Positions 26,258 through 34,797 of a DNA stretch of 64,000 nt are shown one piece after another. The notes under the pieces are model-generated. The model saw nothing but the letters and a program-made list of their open reading frames with translations. It was not told where the DNA came from and ran no database searches. The stretch is from assembly GCA_965200345.1 (NCBI GenBank), contig OZ241378.1:5434314-5498313 (forward strand), in the 5' to 3' direction. Position 1 is the first letter of the stretch; the number at the start of each line of letters is the position of its first letter. The position numbers and the translations under genes are program-made. This DNA is from Candidatus Poribacteria bacterium (GTDB taxonomy: Bacteria; Poribacteria; WGA-4E; WGA-3G).

Positions 26258-27322
26258 TCACTGCAAAATACTTGTATCATCTGCGCTATGGACCGGATGA
26301 GGGTTCAGATTATAGTCGCCATCCCGTGAAATATCGTCAATCAGGACAACCTTTCCTGACCTCGCGGACTGATGCATGGCAAATATCGTCTGGACAACGT
26401 GCAGGTTGCTGCGTCCATTCGTGATCGGTTTTTCACCGGTTTGCAAGCACTCCAAGAAGTGTGCCATCACGTTACCGAAAGCATCTGGGAACCACGTCCC
26501 CTCTATTGACGGTTTAATTTCTCGGGTTTCTGGTTCTGTGAGATGAACCGTCATATCATCACTGTTTCCGTAGATCGCCCCTTTGGTGCCTTGTATTCGG
26601 ATTTCCTCGTGTGGGTGTTGTAAGTTGCGTCCGGGGTTGGCAAGGAATGCCCAGTTACACGAAAGCAAACCCTGTACACCGCTTCGACTTTTGAAGAGCG
26701 CGGTGGAAAGGGTTTCGCCTTCCGCAATTGAGCGGTTATGTCCGTGTGCTTGGCAATAAATGCTTTCATATTCACCAAACCATTTATAGACAAGCCCGAT
26801 GTGGTGTACTTGCATCGCAGGGATCAAGTGGCGTTCAGGGAATTCGGTGTAAAATCCGTTACAGGTTATGGAGACGTGGTAGATTTCGCCGAGGTGTTCG
26901 GCGTTGATGTAGGGTTCAATGGCGAGGAAACCGGGCACAAAGCAGGAGTTTTGGTTCACCATGAGTTGCACATTGTGTCGCTCACAGATGTTGACCATTT
27001 CGACGGCTTGTTGCATTGACATTGCGAACGGTTTTTGGCAGAGGATGTGTTTACCGGCTTCGGCGGCGGCTTTGACAATCGGAGAACGGATCCACGGTTG
27101 TACTGCCATGTCAACTACGTCAACATCGGTATCGGCAATCAGGTCAATGATGCGGGTGTATCTTTTATCAATGCCAAACGTGTCGCCAACTTCGTTGAGG
27201 CGTGTAACATCTTTGTCGCAGATCGCAGCAACTGGCAAGTCTCGGCGTTGGTAGCCGAGCAGGTGCTGCTGTCCGATCCCCAACCCGATTAAACCGATGC
27301 CGAATTCTTGCGTGTTTGCCAT
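26258..27322 (-). CDS. Gfo/Idh/MocA-family oxidoreductase
   Basis: True start MANTQEFGIGLIGLGIGQQH.. at 27322, preceded by AAGGGA. ...GKHILCQKP. The track's 76-codon N-terminal extension (to 27550) reads through the IS end and the tnpB 3' end. Confidence 0.85.
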   Translation of the reverse strand: MANTQEFGIGLIGLGIGQQHLLGYQRRDLPVAAICDKDVTRLNEVGDTFGIDKRYTRIIDLIADTDVDVVDMAVQPWIRSPIVKAAAEAGKHILCQKPFAMSMQQAVEMVNICERHNVQLMVNQNSCFVPGFLAIEPYINAEHLGEIYHVSITCNGFYTEFPERHLIPAMQVHHIGLVYKWFGEYESIYCQAHGHNRSIAEGETLSTALFKSRSGVQGLLSCNWAFLANPGRNLQHPHEEIRIQGTKGAIYGNSDDMTVHLTEPETREIKPSIEGTWFPDAFGNVMAHFLECLQTGEKPITNGRSNLHVVQTIFAMHQSARSGKVVLIDDISRDGDYNLNPHPVHSADDTSILQ

Positions 27323-27334
27323 TGTTTGTCCCTT

Positions 27335-27560
27335 GTGATAGCACCCACACGCTAAAGCGCGGGGCTTCGGCTTCGTAGCGACCGCGGTTTTCTCAAAGAG
27401 ACAACCGTCTGACTGTCGCTCCACCCGCAGGCATTTCCCCCATATCCTCAAAAAGATGGATATGAGGCATATCACGTTTAGGTCGTGGCTATCCCTGCCC
27501 GCAAAATGTTTAGCGCAGCGTTGATGTCGCGGTCGTGGTGAGAACCACATTCAGGACATA
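27335..27560 (-). ncRNA. Putative omega (reRNA) guide-RNA scaffold of TnpB
   Basis: In characterised TnpB systems the RNA spans the 3' end of tnpB to the right end. This interval has stems CATATCC/GGATATG (27441-27447/27458-27464) and the terminal hairpin 27344-27364. Extent not determinable from sequence alone. Confidence 0.35.
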
Positions 27561-28596
27561 TCCACTGCCTATCTGAAAGTGTTAGGGTTTCGTTATGAAA
27601 ACCGCAATCGCTACAAGGTTTCGTTGTAGCTGTCCATTGACCGACTTGACAGAAATCACGCTTATGTTTTTGACACTTATACTTCAATATCTCAACAAAC
27701 TCGTAGAAGGCGAGATCAGAAACCTTACGCCCCCACAAGCGTTTCATACCGTCAAGGTTCAATGTTTCAATAACGATTGTGTCAAACTTCTTACAGAGTT
27801 CAGAGGCAAGTTGCCAGTGAAAGTCTTTGCGTTGGTTGCTAATTTTCCGATAAAGACGGGCGATCTGTCTCACACACCGCCACCAACGGTTAGAACCTTT
27901 TTGTTTGCGGTTTAGGGCTTTGTTGAGTTTGCGAAGTTTCTCCAAGAACTGTTTCAAAGGTTGTGGGTGTTGTTTTTTCTCACCCGTGCTCAGTGTCAAA
28001 TATGCGTCTTTCATGCCGAAGTCTGCCCCAACACTTTGACCTATTGTCGGCAGCGGTCTAAAATCTCTATAGGTTGTTGTGATACAAAGCCAATAGTCTC
28101 CACAACTGTCGCGTTTGATGGTGATACGACTGATCCTCCCATGCCACTGGCGGTGCTTATGAAACGTATACGGCACTTTATCAAACTGCCACTTATGCGT
28201 ATGAGGATGCCATTTACGAAATGTCAATGTGATACGATTGTTCTTCAGAGACCACCCCGCGGTCCCCGGGTAGGTGATAGATTTGAACTTATGTCTCGGC
28301 TTGATATGCGGTCTACCGCCAAGTTTTTTCAAAAAACGATCGTAGGCCTTATGAATACGTTTCAGTTCTTGTTGGATGGCTTGGCTTGGCAAGGCCTTCC
28401 AATGCCGGTGTGTGGTGCGTTTCAATTCAGTCAAGTGGTCGCACATACCCTCAAAGTTCACATACGGCAACCCGTCTTTGTATCGCTGACGTTGCCACTT
28501 ATGGAAATACTCGTGCACTTGCCACATATCGTCAAGCAGGTTGCCAATGCGGATGGTGTTAGATTGTTTTCCCAACGGATATTTATAGGTTTTCAT
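27478..28596 (-). CDS. tnpB: TnpB (IS605 OrfB-type RNA-guided nuclease)
   Basis: 372 aa. SVGADFGMKD (RuvC-I D), TIVIETLNLDGMK (RuvC-II E), CSDCGFHNE..ICPECGSHHDRDINAALNI (CxxC..CxxC zinc ribbon plus RuvC-III D). Confidence 0.85.
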   Translation of the reverse strand: MKTYKYPLGKQSNTIRIGNLLDDMWQVHEYFHKWQRQRYKDGLPYVNFEGMCDHLTELKRTTHRHWKALPSQAIQQELKRIHKAYDRFLKKLGGRPHIKPRHKFKSITYPGTAGWSLKNNRITLTFRKWHPHTHKWQFDKVPYTFHKHRQWHGRISRITIKRDSCGDYWLCITTTYRDFRPLPTIGQSVGADFGMKDAYLTLSTGEKKQHPQPLKQFLEKLRKLNKALNRKQKGSNRWWRCVRQIARLYRKISNQRKDFHWQLASELCKKFDTIVIETLNLDGMKRLWGRKVSDLAFYEFVEILKYKCQKHKRDFCQVGQWTATTKPCSDCGFHNETLTLSDRQWICPECGSHHDRDINAALNILRAGIATT

Positions 28597-28852
28597 GGTG
28601 TATCAAACATCAAGTCTTTAACCCCTGAACAGTGGGTTGGCAGACACGCCACTAAGCAGTGACGCTGTTCATGTCTGCCAACTTGATACTAATATCATGC
28701 CACATTTATAGGTGAATGTCAAATCTGTTTTCAACAACAAAAACTAACGCCCGCCTACATCCCGCAAGCTAAAGCATGGGGCTTTGGCGGGAAGATCGGT
28801 AAGAAGCTAACCCCCCTAACCCCCCTTATCAGGGGGGAATGAGATCGAAAAA

Positions 28853-30109
28853 TCAGATGCCCAAACCTTCGTCAATCTCGCGTTGATAAGTGTTAATGGA
28901 TTCGTTTAGCATCTGATCCATCTGAACGATTTGCCCTGTTGCACCGGACTCAAGGATTGCGTAGGAGACAGCGACCGAACGTGTGCCTTGATAGGCGTTG
29001 ACTTCAACTTCGCGTTTTCCAGCAATAACTTCAGCAAATTCACCATATTCCATGGCGATATTTTTTGCATCCCCTTGCTTAAACGAGTAGTTCCACAATC
29101 GGTCGCCGCCGAAAAGGTCTGCTGTGACAGCGTCTAAGTGAAAGTCTGGCACGAGGTCCAAAATCCGTTGGTCGTTAATCGTTTCCTGTCCGTCAATATT
29201 CAGGGTAATGCTTCCTCCGCCTCGGTCTCCAGGAAGCGTCATAGAACCTCGGGCACCGTGAATTTTTCGGAGCCAGCTGCCTTGTCCCCACGCGCCGTGA
29301 TCTTCAATATATTGCCCGACGGCACCGTTTTTGAAAGTCAGCGTCGCATAAGCGGCATCTTCAGCGGTTGCCTCAAATTCAGCAGGCATCTCGCGTTGCC
29401 ATTTTGTATAGACACCAGCAGGATTAGAGCCGGATTCACCGGTCACTGCGGCAGAATTATGTCGGATAGGTTCATGAAGACGGGTTTGCGCATAGACAGT
29501 GTCAATTTCGCCGAGCAGATACTCCATTATGTCAGCATAGTGGACACCGACATCCAGCAGTACGCCGCTCTGGTCTTTCTGATGTCGCCAGACAGAGATC
29601 AGCATGCGGTTGCTGCCCCCGATGGCATGATGGATAAGGAGGCGAGGTGTGCCGATAACTTCCGTCTCAAGCAGTGCTTTGGCAAGTCGGTTGATCGGAT
29701 CCCGCCGATAGTTCTCTGCGACGCTGAGGATGGCATCAGATGCATCAGCGGCACGCCGAATGAGGTTACACGCACGGACAGTTAACCCCATCGGTTTTTC
29801 GACCATTGTGTGCCAGCCGCGTTCGAGGGTTTCAATAGCAACGGTGTGGTGATACGGGGGTGTAGTTGTCACATCCACAGCATCGACACCGACTTCAGCA
29901 AGTTCTTCCAGATTTCCAACAACAGCGGGTTTTTCACCAAAACGTTCTTCTGCTTGCGCAGCGAGTGACTCGGCATTGGCAAGAACTGGATCGCATGCGC
30001 CGACAAGGCTAAACCGTGTCCATCCTGCCCGATGGAGTTCCGCTAACCCATACATGTGCCGGTGTCCCATCCCGCCACATCCTACGATTGCCAATCTAAT
30101 TTTATTCAT
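28853..30109 (-). CDS. Gfo/Idh/MocA-family oxidoreductase
   Basis: Start MNKIRLAIVGCGGMGHRH after AAGGGGA. ..MVEKP... 419 aa. Confidence 0.8.
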   Translation of the reverse strand: MNKIRLAIVGCGGMGHRHMYGLAELHRAGWTRFSLVGACDPVLANAESLAAQAEERFGEKPAVVGNLEELAEVGVDAVDVTTTPPYHHTVAIETLERGWHTMVEKPMGLTVRACNLIRRAADASDAILSVAENYRRDPINRLAKALLETEVIGTPRLLIHHAIGGSNRMLISVWRHQKDQSGVLLDVGVHYADIMEYLLGEIDTVYAQTRLHEPIRHNSAAVTGESGSNPAGVYTKWQREMPAEFEATAEDAAYATLTFKNGAVGQYIEDHGAWGQGSWLRKIHGARGSMTLPGDRGGGSITLNIDGQETINDQRILDLVPDFHLDAVTADLFGGDRLWNYSFKQGDAKNIAMEYGEFAEVIAGKREVEVNAYQGTRSVAVSYAILESGATGQIVQMDQMLNESINTYQREIDEGLGI

Positions 30110-30141
30110 GTTATCCCCTTTTTTCAAAGCGCGTCCTCTTT

Positions 30142-31653
30142 TTAGTTTAGGAGTGCTTCTAACCGCTTGAGATCCGTTTCCATTTGCGCCACATTGTCAC
30201 GGTAGAGTTGGTAACGGCTGAGTACCCTATTAGCATACTTTTTGGCTCTGCTGGTAAGGGGCCCAGCGACTCTCACCTTACCGGGGCCGACGTTGTAAGC
30301 ACCGAGTGCCAAGGTCAGATTCCCTTTATATTTTTCTCCAAGTCTCATGAAATAAGTTAAACCGGCGTTCAGGTTTTTGTATGGGTTAAATCGTTCATCT
30401 ATATTTGAATTGAGTTTCGGCTTCCGCTTGTCCTGATACTGTGGTACTTTGAGTCCAAGTTCCCGTGCGGTTCCAGGTATCATCTGCATCAATCCGCCTG
30501 CACCGTTCTTTGATACGGCAATGGGGTTAAAGTTAGATTCAGCATGAATGATAGCAAGCATAAGTTCTACTTCAATGTTGTGTTTCTTGGCAATTTGGAC
30601 GCTTTGGTATTCTGGAGCCGTCAGTTCTTGTTGTGTTGGAGTTGCAGGTTGGGATGTTGGTGTCTGTGCTGCTGCAGGTTGGGATGTTAATGTCTGTGCT
30701 GCTGTACTCGGTGCTTGTGTGTGAATCTCAGGCCTTTGTGAAATAGGTGCTTTTCCTCCAAAGGACATGCCTATTGAAACGAGATGTTTGTGCGCGAGAT
30801 TTTCTTGGTTGAGGTAGGTGTAATGGAGCTGCTTTCCCAATGGGTTAAGTGAAAATCCGAGGCTCCATGATTGAGGGGGTGCCTCGTCGCCGAAGGTAAA
30901 TGTCGATCCAACGCGAGCCGCAATTGTATCGCTTCCGATTTCTAAGCTTGTACCAAGGCTTGGATGTGTAATATCTAACCGGTTGTGCCATCGGATAATT
31001 GGGTGGGGTGTAAGAACAGCACCGAGAGCAAGTTGTTGGTCGAAGGTTTGTAGAACCTCTCCGTTTCTATGCCGAATGGTAACTCCAGAAATATCGCGTA
31101 GCCGAATTCCGAAAGCAAAGTGAGCGTTAGGTGCTGTCAACACACCGACATCATAATTTTGTGCCCAAAGGCTGCCGTAATAAGGTGCGCGGCTATACCC
31201 TGTGCTGGCACCGAGTTGCAGAGGACCGAATTTCCTTGCATAAGAGAGGAGTGCTTGATTATTACCGAGTTCAAAGCTACCGATCGGGTTCGCAACGTGA
31301 TCTATCAGAAACCGATCGCCGCGATTTAAGTCGAGGAAATTGACACCGAATGTCCCGATGGATTTGATAGGATAAGCGAGGGAGACAGCACCTTGAGACA
31401 GGTCGTAGATAAGGTTTCCACGCTGCAGCGTTGCAAGCCCCGCAGGATTCCAGAGGGGGCTTGTTGCATCATCTGCAGTGCTGATAAATGCGCCACCCAA
31501 TCCGATACCACGCGTGCCAACTTCGGGTCTGAGGTTGAGTGGATCTGATAATGTGCTTTTTTGACCGAGAAAATACGCGAATAAGAGAAAGATAGTCGCT
31601 ATGAGTAGCAGACCCCGTTTACGGTATGGTAATGTACTTAGTTGGTTTTTCAC
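30142..31653 (-). CDS. Fusion protein: N-terminal outer-membrane beta-barrel-like region (FadL/PorV-like motif) + C-terminal lytic transglycosylase (SLT) domain
   Basis: GIGLGGAFISTADDATSPLWNPAGLA resembles the FadL/TodX/PorV N-terminal motif. The C-terminus IIHAESNFNPIAVSKNGAGGLMQMIPGTAREL and AYNVGPG is the SLT catalytic signature. Start uncertain: GVG... GTG 31653 (KNQLSTLPYRKRGLLLIATIFLLF) or ATG 31725. Either overlaps the upstream gene. Confidence 0.65.
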   Translation of the reverse strand: MKNQLSTLPYRKRGLLLIATIFLLFAYFLGQKSTLSDPLNLRPEVGTRGIGLGGAFISTADDATSPLWNPAGLATLQRGNLIYDLSQGAVSLAYPIKSIGTFGVNFLDLNRGDRFLIDHVANPIGSFELGNNQALLSYARKFGPLQLGASTGYSRAPYYGSLWAQNYDVGVLTAPNAHFAFGIRLRDISGVTIRHRNGEVLQTFDQQLALGAVLTPHPIIRWHNRLDITHPSLGTSLEIGSDTIAARVGSTFTFGDEAPPQSWSLGFSLNPLGKQLHYTYLNQENLAHKHLVSIGMSFGGKAPISQRPEIHTQAPSTAAQTLTSQPAAAQTPTSQPATPTQQELTAPEYQSVQIAKKHNIEVELMLAIIHAESNFNPIAVSKNGAGGLMQMIPGTARELGLKVPQYQDKRKPKLNSNIDERFNPYKNLNAGLTYFMRLGEKYKGNLTLALGAYNVGPGKVRVAGPLTSRAKKYANRVLSRYQLYRDNVAQMETDLKRLEALLN

Positions 31654-32404
31654 TTCTGCCTTTGTACCTAATTTCAAAATGTAAGTGGGGTCCGGTGGAG
31701 ATACCAGTGTTTCCCGACAAGCCAATTACCTTTCCTTGGCTTACAGTTTGCCCGACTTTTACTCTGATGCGTGACAAATGTCCATACCAAGTGGTAAAAT
31801 CATCCGCGTGTTCTATACCGACAAGTTTCCCGTACCCACCTTTCCGCCCGGCGAAGATGACTCTACCTACCTTGGAAGCGTAAACGCGGGTGCCTGTGGC
31901 GGCGCGGAAGTCAATCCCAGCGTGGTGTTGGTAGCGCCCCGTTACGGGGTGAGGTCGGTAGCCGTACTTTGATGTAACGACTAAAGGCACCTTGAGCGGT
32001 TTTGCGAAACCTGGACTATCCTCACTAATCCGTATCATTCTGCCAATCTGGAGGCTGCGCGGCGAGGAGATACCGTTAATCCTTTGAAGATCGCGCCATT
32101 CAATGTTATGGCGGCGACCGACGCTAAACAGGGTATCCCCGGGCTGAACCTTATACCAGATGTCTTCAAATGCGAGAGTTTCTCTGGGGATACGCAGCGT
32201 TCTCCCAGTCCGTATGCGGTGTGCTGACTTAATACTGTTCGCTTGGATAATCGATTTGAGGGGTACTTTGTACTTCTGCGCGATTTCCGACAATGTCTCA
32301 CCTTTCTGAACCAGATGTTGCTGAACACCAGCAGCGAGTGCTGTTCCGAAAAGTGCTACTGCAAACAAAACAACTATAAAAATGTGAATTAACCTTCTCT
32401 TCAT
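31619..32404 (-). CDS. LysM-LysM-M23 peptidoglycan endopeptidase
   Basis: Two LysM motifs (HLVQKGETLSEIAQKYKV.., YKVQPGDTLFSVGRRHNI..). M23 motifs HAGIDFRA, YGHLS and GNTGISTGPHLHFE. Confidence 0.85.
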   Translation of the reverse strand: MKRRLIHIFIVVLFAVALFGTALAAGVQQHLVQKGETLSEIAQKYKVPLKSIIQANSIKSAHRIRTGRTLRIPRETLAFEDIWYKVQPGDTLFSVGRRHNIEWRDLQRINGISSPRSLQIGRMIRISEDSPGFAKPLKVPLVVTSKYGYRPHPVTGRYQHHAGIDFRAATGTRVYASKVGRVIFAGRKGGYGKLVGIEHADDFTTWYGHLSRIRVKVGQTVSQGKVIGLSGNTGISTGPHLHFEIRYKGRSEKPTKYITIP

Positions 32405-32503
32405 TTGTTACCCTGACAAAAGAAAATAAAACAAAACTGAGGCAAACTCTGTCAAAGCCTGAGCCAAGTAGATATTGCTCATTTCGACAGAATCTACTCC
32501 TAA

Positions 32504-33049
32504 CTAATCTCTAACAGTCAGCAAGACATTTTTTGTGTCTGTGAAAATTTGCGTGTCGGTTTCAATGCCGGAAGATCCGACTGAAACGACTTCACTGATC
32601 ACAGTCACAACAAGTTGAATAACTTCAACTTGAACGTTCTCCCCGTCAAGTGTTTGGGGAGCAGTCCAGGTGACTGGGTTTTCGGTGGATGCGGAAAGTT
32701 CGCCAAACTGGGTAATGTTCAGCCAGTTCAACGTGACGCTGGTCCCTCTAACCCCTTTCACCGAAGCAGTTAATTCGACATCTTCACCAGGTTGCACCGT
32801 TTTCTTGGTAACGGTGATTTTTACGTCAAGATCGGTAACCTGCTCTGGCTCCGCTACGTCCGGGATTTGTGTAAGTTCAACAATATGGTCTGTGGCTTCG
32901 CTATCTTCTGCTGTTGTCCTCTCTTCTGAGACAGGATTTTTTAGATTGCTACCACCGCAGCCTACGAAACTTAATACGAGACCTGCTACGAGAATGTAAA
33001 TGCCGGCTAAGGACATGTAGAATAACATGTCGCGTTGAGATACTCTCAT
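32504..33049 (-). CDS. Lipoprotein with Ig-like beta-sandwich region
   Basis: Signal peptide with lipobox LVLSFVGC. The remainder is beta-rich (TVTKKTVQPGEDVELTASVKG...). Confidence 0.45.
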   Translation of the reverse strand: MRVSQRDMLFYMSLAGIYILVAGLVLSFVGCGGSNLKNPVSEERTTAEDSEATDHIVELTQIPDVAEPEQVTDLDVKITVTKKTVQPGEDVELTASVKGVRGTSVTLNWLNITQFGELSASTENPVTWTAPQTLDGENVQVEVIQLVVTVISEVVSVGSSGIETDTQIFTDTKNVLLTVRD

Positions 33050-33342
33050 GATACCGTCCTCTCTTCATACTTCGGATCGGGTGAAACACTGATGTGTTAC
33101 AAAGGCATAGATTTACTGTTTTACCAACCTGTGGACTTTTGGACTGAGGCGAATCGTTATTTCGTATTTTTCACAGTACTTAAACGGACACGAAACAAAT
33201 GAGTACGCAAATTATACCCTAATCGTTCAAGTCAAGAAACTTGTTGGTTTGTTAGCAGTAACGAGTAGTGAAGAGAGTCAGTTACAAAATTAGTGGGTTT
33301 AGCCATAAAAGTTTGGCTGGGAGGATTAATCCCTACCTGCGC

Positions 33343-34128
33343 TTAATTTCCGGCATTTTCTAACTCTTGACGCAGAAATGCGAGAATATCAGCGACATTT
33401 TGATCGCTGAGGATGTCCGGTGCATAGAACGGCATCAAGACCCCGCCTCCGCGAATTTTAGTAGCCCAACGTACCAACGTCGCATCTATGTTGCGAGGAG
33501 GTCTCGTGCGGATGAGTTGAGGACCAATTCCGGCTTTATAAGGTGTCGGATGGCAGACGACACAAGCGCGTCCGAAAAGTTGCCATCCATTCTCTGCATC
33601 GCCGCTCATCGCAGCAAGTTTTTCACCGGCAGCCTTTTTGGCATCGTCATCTAACATAGCTATTTCAAACTGGGGCCCCTTGTTATCACCAGAGATCGCT
33701 TCAAAATAAGCCATGAGTGCTTCGGCGTGTTCCTCTGGGATCGCAGTCGGATTGACTTCGGTACCTGGGATTCGCTGTAAGAAGTGTTGGTAACAGAAGC
33801 CACCGCCACCAGCGGCGCGGGCAAAGTTTTCAGCTGGAATCATTCCACCTTTTGCCTGTCCACGGTGTGGGACACCGACGACACTATGCCCCGCGCGAAT
33901 AACACCGTCTGGGTTGGCTGTATCGTCAAAATCTGCGTGGCAGTTTGCGCAGGTAAGCCCAGTCGCGTGCCCTTTTGTCTTACCTGGTTTAATTGTTCCT
34001 TTAAAAGTCGCATCGTGAAAAAGTTCGCGCCCCAGTTGCGCTTTGTCCGACATTTGTGCATGTGTGAAAAGGATGAATGCCGTGATCAAAACGCCACATA
34101 GGGCAAACGAAACGAATTTACGCATCAT
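33343..34128 (-). CDS. Di-haem c-type cytochrome
   Basis: Signal peptide and two CxxCH motifs (CANCH, CVVCH). Confidence 0.75.
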   Translation of the reverse strand: MMRKFVSFALCGVLITAFILFTHAQMSDKAQLGRELFHDATFKGTIKPGKTKGHATGLTCANCHADFDDTANPDGVIRAGHSVVGVPHRGQAKGGMIPAENFARAAGGGGFCYQHFLQRIPGTEVNPTAIPEEHAEALMAYFEAISGDNKGPQFEIAMLDDDAKKAAGEKLAAMSGDAENGWQLFGRACVVCHPTPYKAGIGPQLIRTRPPRNIDATLVRWATKIRGGGVLMPFYAPDILSDQNVADILAFLRQELENAGN

Positions 34129-34233
34129 AAATCTCCCTTTTAATGATGTATTATCTAAGTATTATACCAAATATGCAATTTATTGTCAATTAAATTGTTT
34201 AGAATAAAGCGTTTTCATTAGATATTGAGGCAC

Positions 34234-34797
34234 TTAAATCGCTTCCAACCGTGCAATATAGGGCAAATTCCGATATTGCTGTGCGTAATCAAGTCCATAG
34301 CCGACTACGAACGCGTCTGGGATCTCAAAACCGATATAGTCGATAGCGACGGGTACTTGGTGTTGAGAAGGTTTGTCAAGTAATGTGCATACCTTAACGG
34401 TTTTCGGATTCAGCGTTCGGAGGTGTTCACGAAGAAACTTCACAGTGTGCCCGGTATCAACAATATCCTCAACAATGAGGACGTGTCGTTGTTGAAGATA
34501 ATCACTGCCCCCGCGAATGAGTTGGACCCTCGATGGTTTTGTGCGGTTATGGTAACTCGTGAGTTGCACGAATTCAAAGCGGACCCGGACGTCTCTGTCT
34601 GAATCAGTAAGTTGTGCGCTAAAAATGGCACGCGCGAGATCCGCGAAAAATAACACACTCCCCCTGAGTACGCCGAGGAGGATTAACTCTTGATTTTCGT
34701 AATCGGTGGCAATCTGCGCTCCAAGTTCACGAATGCGGTTTTGAAGACAGGATTCAGAGATGAGAACGGATTCAGGAAGAGGTTTCGTGGTTGACAT
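34234..34797 (-). CDS. hpt: Hypoxanthine-guanine phosphoribosyltransferase
   Basis: Start MSTTKPLPES.. at 34797. LILLGVLRGSVLFFADLARAI and the PRPP motif VLIVEDIVDTGHT. The track's N-terminal extension overlaps tilS and is rejected. Confidence 0.85.
   Translation of the reverse strand: MSTTKPLPESVLISESCLQNRIRELGAQIATDYENQELILLGVLRGSVLFFADLARAIFSAQLTDSDRDVRVRFEFVQLTSYHNRTKPSRVQLIRGGSDYLQQRHVLIVEDIVDTGHTVKFLREHLRTLNPKTVKVCTLLDKPSQHQVPVAIDYIGFEIPDAFVVGYGLDYAQQYRNLPYIARLEAI

Larger units (their letters stand above)
27335..28797 (-). mobile_element. IS200/IS605-family tnpB-only element (boundaries approximate)
   Basis: tnpB is flanked by the same hairpin family as the 589-bp element: nested LE hairpin 28749-28790 with CTTAC (28802-28798, minus strand) outside it, and RE hairpin 27344-27364 plus 9 nt. 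The RE boundary is set only by analogy with the small element. Confidence 0.6.

Noticed and set aside
26258-27550. 430-aa version of the Gfo/Idh/MocA ORF
   Set aside because: The first 76 codons read through the IS right end and the 3' end of tnpB and resemble no family member. A canonical MANTQEFGIGLIGLG start with an RBS is at 27322.
27961-28662. 233-aa plus-strand ORF
   Set aside because: It is entirely antisense to the well-supported tnpB gene and has no recognisable motifs.
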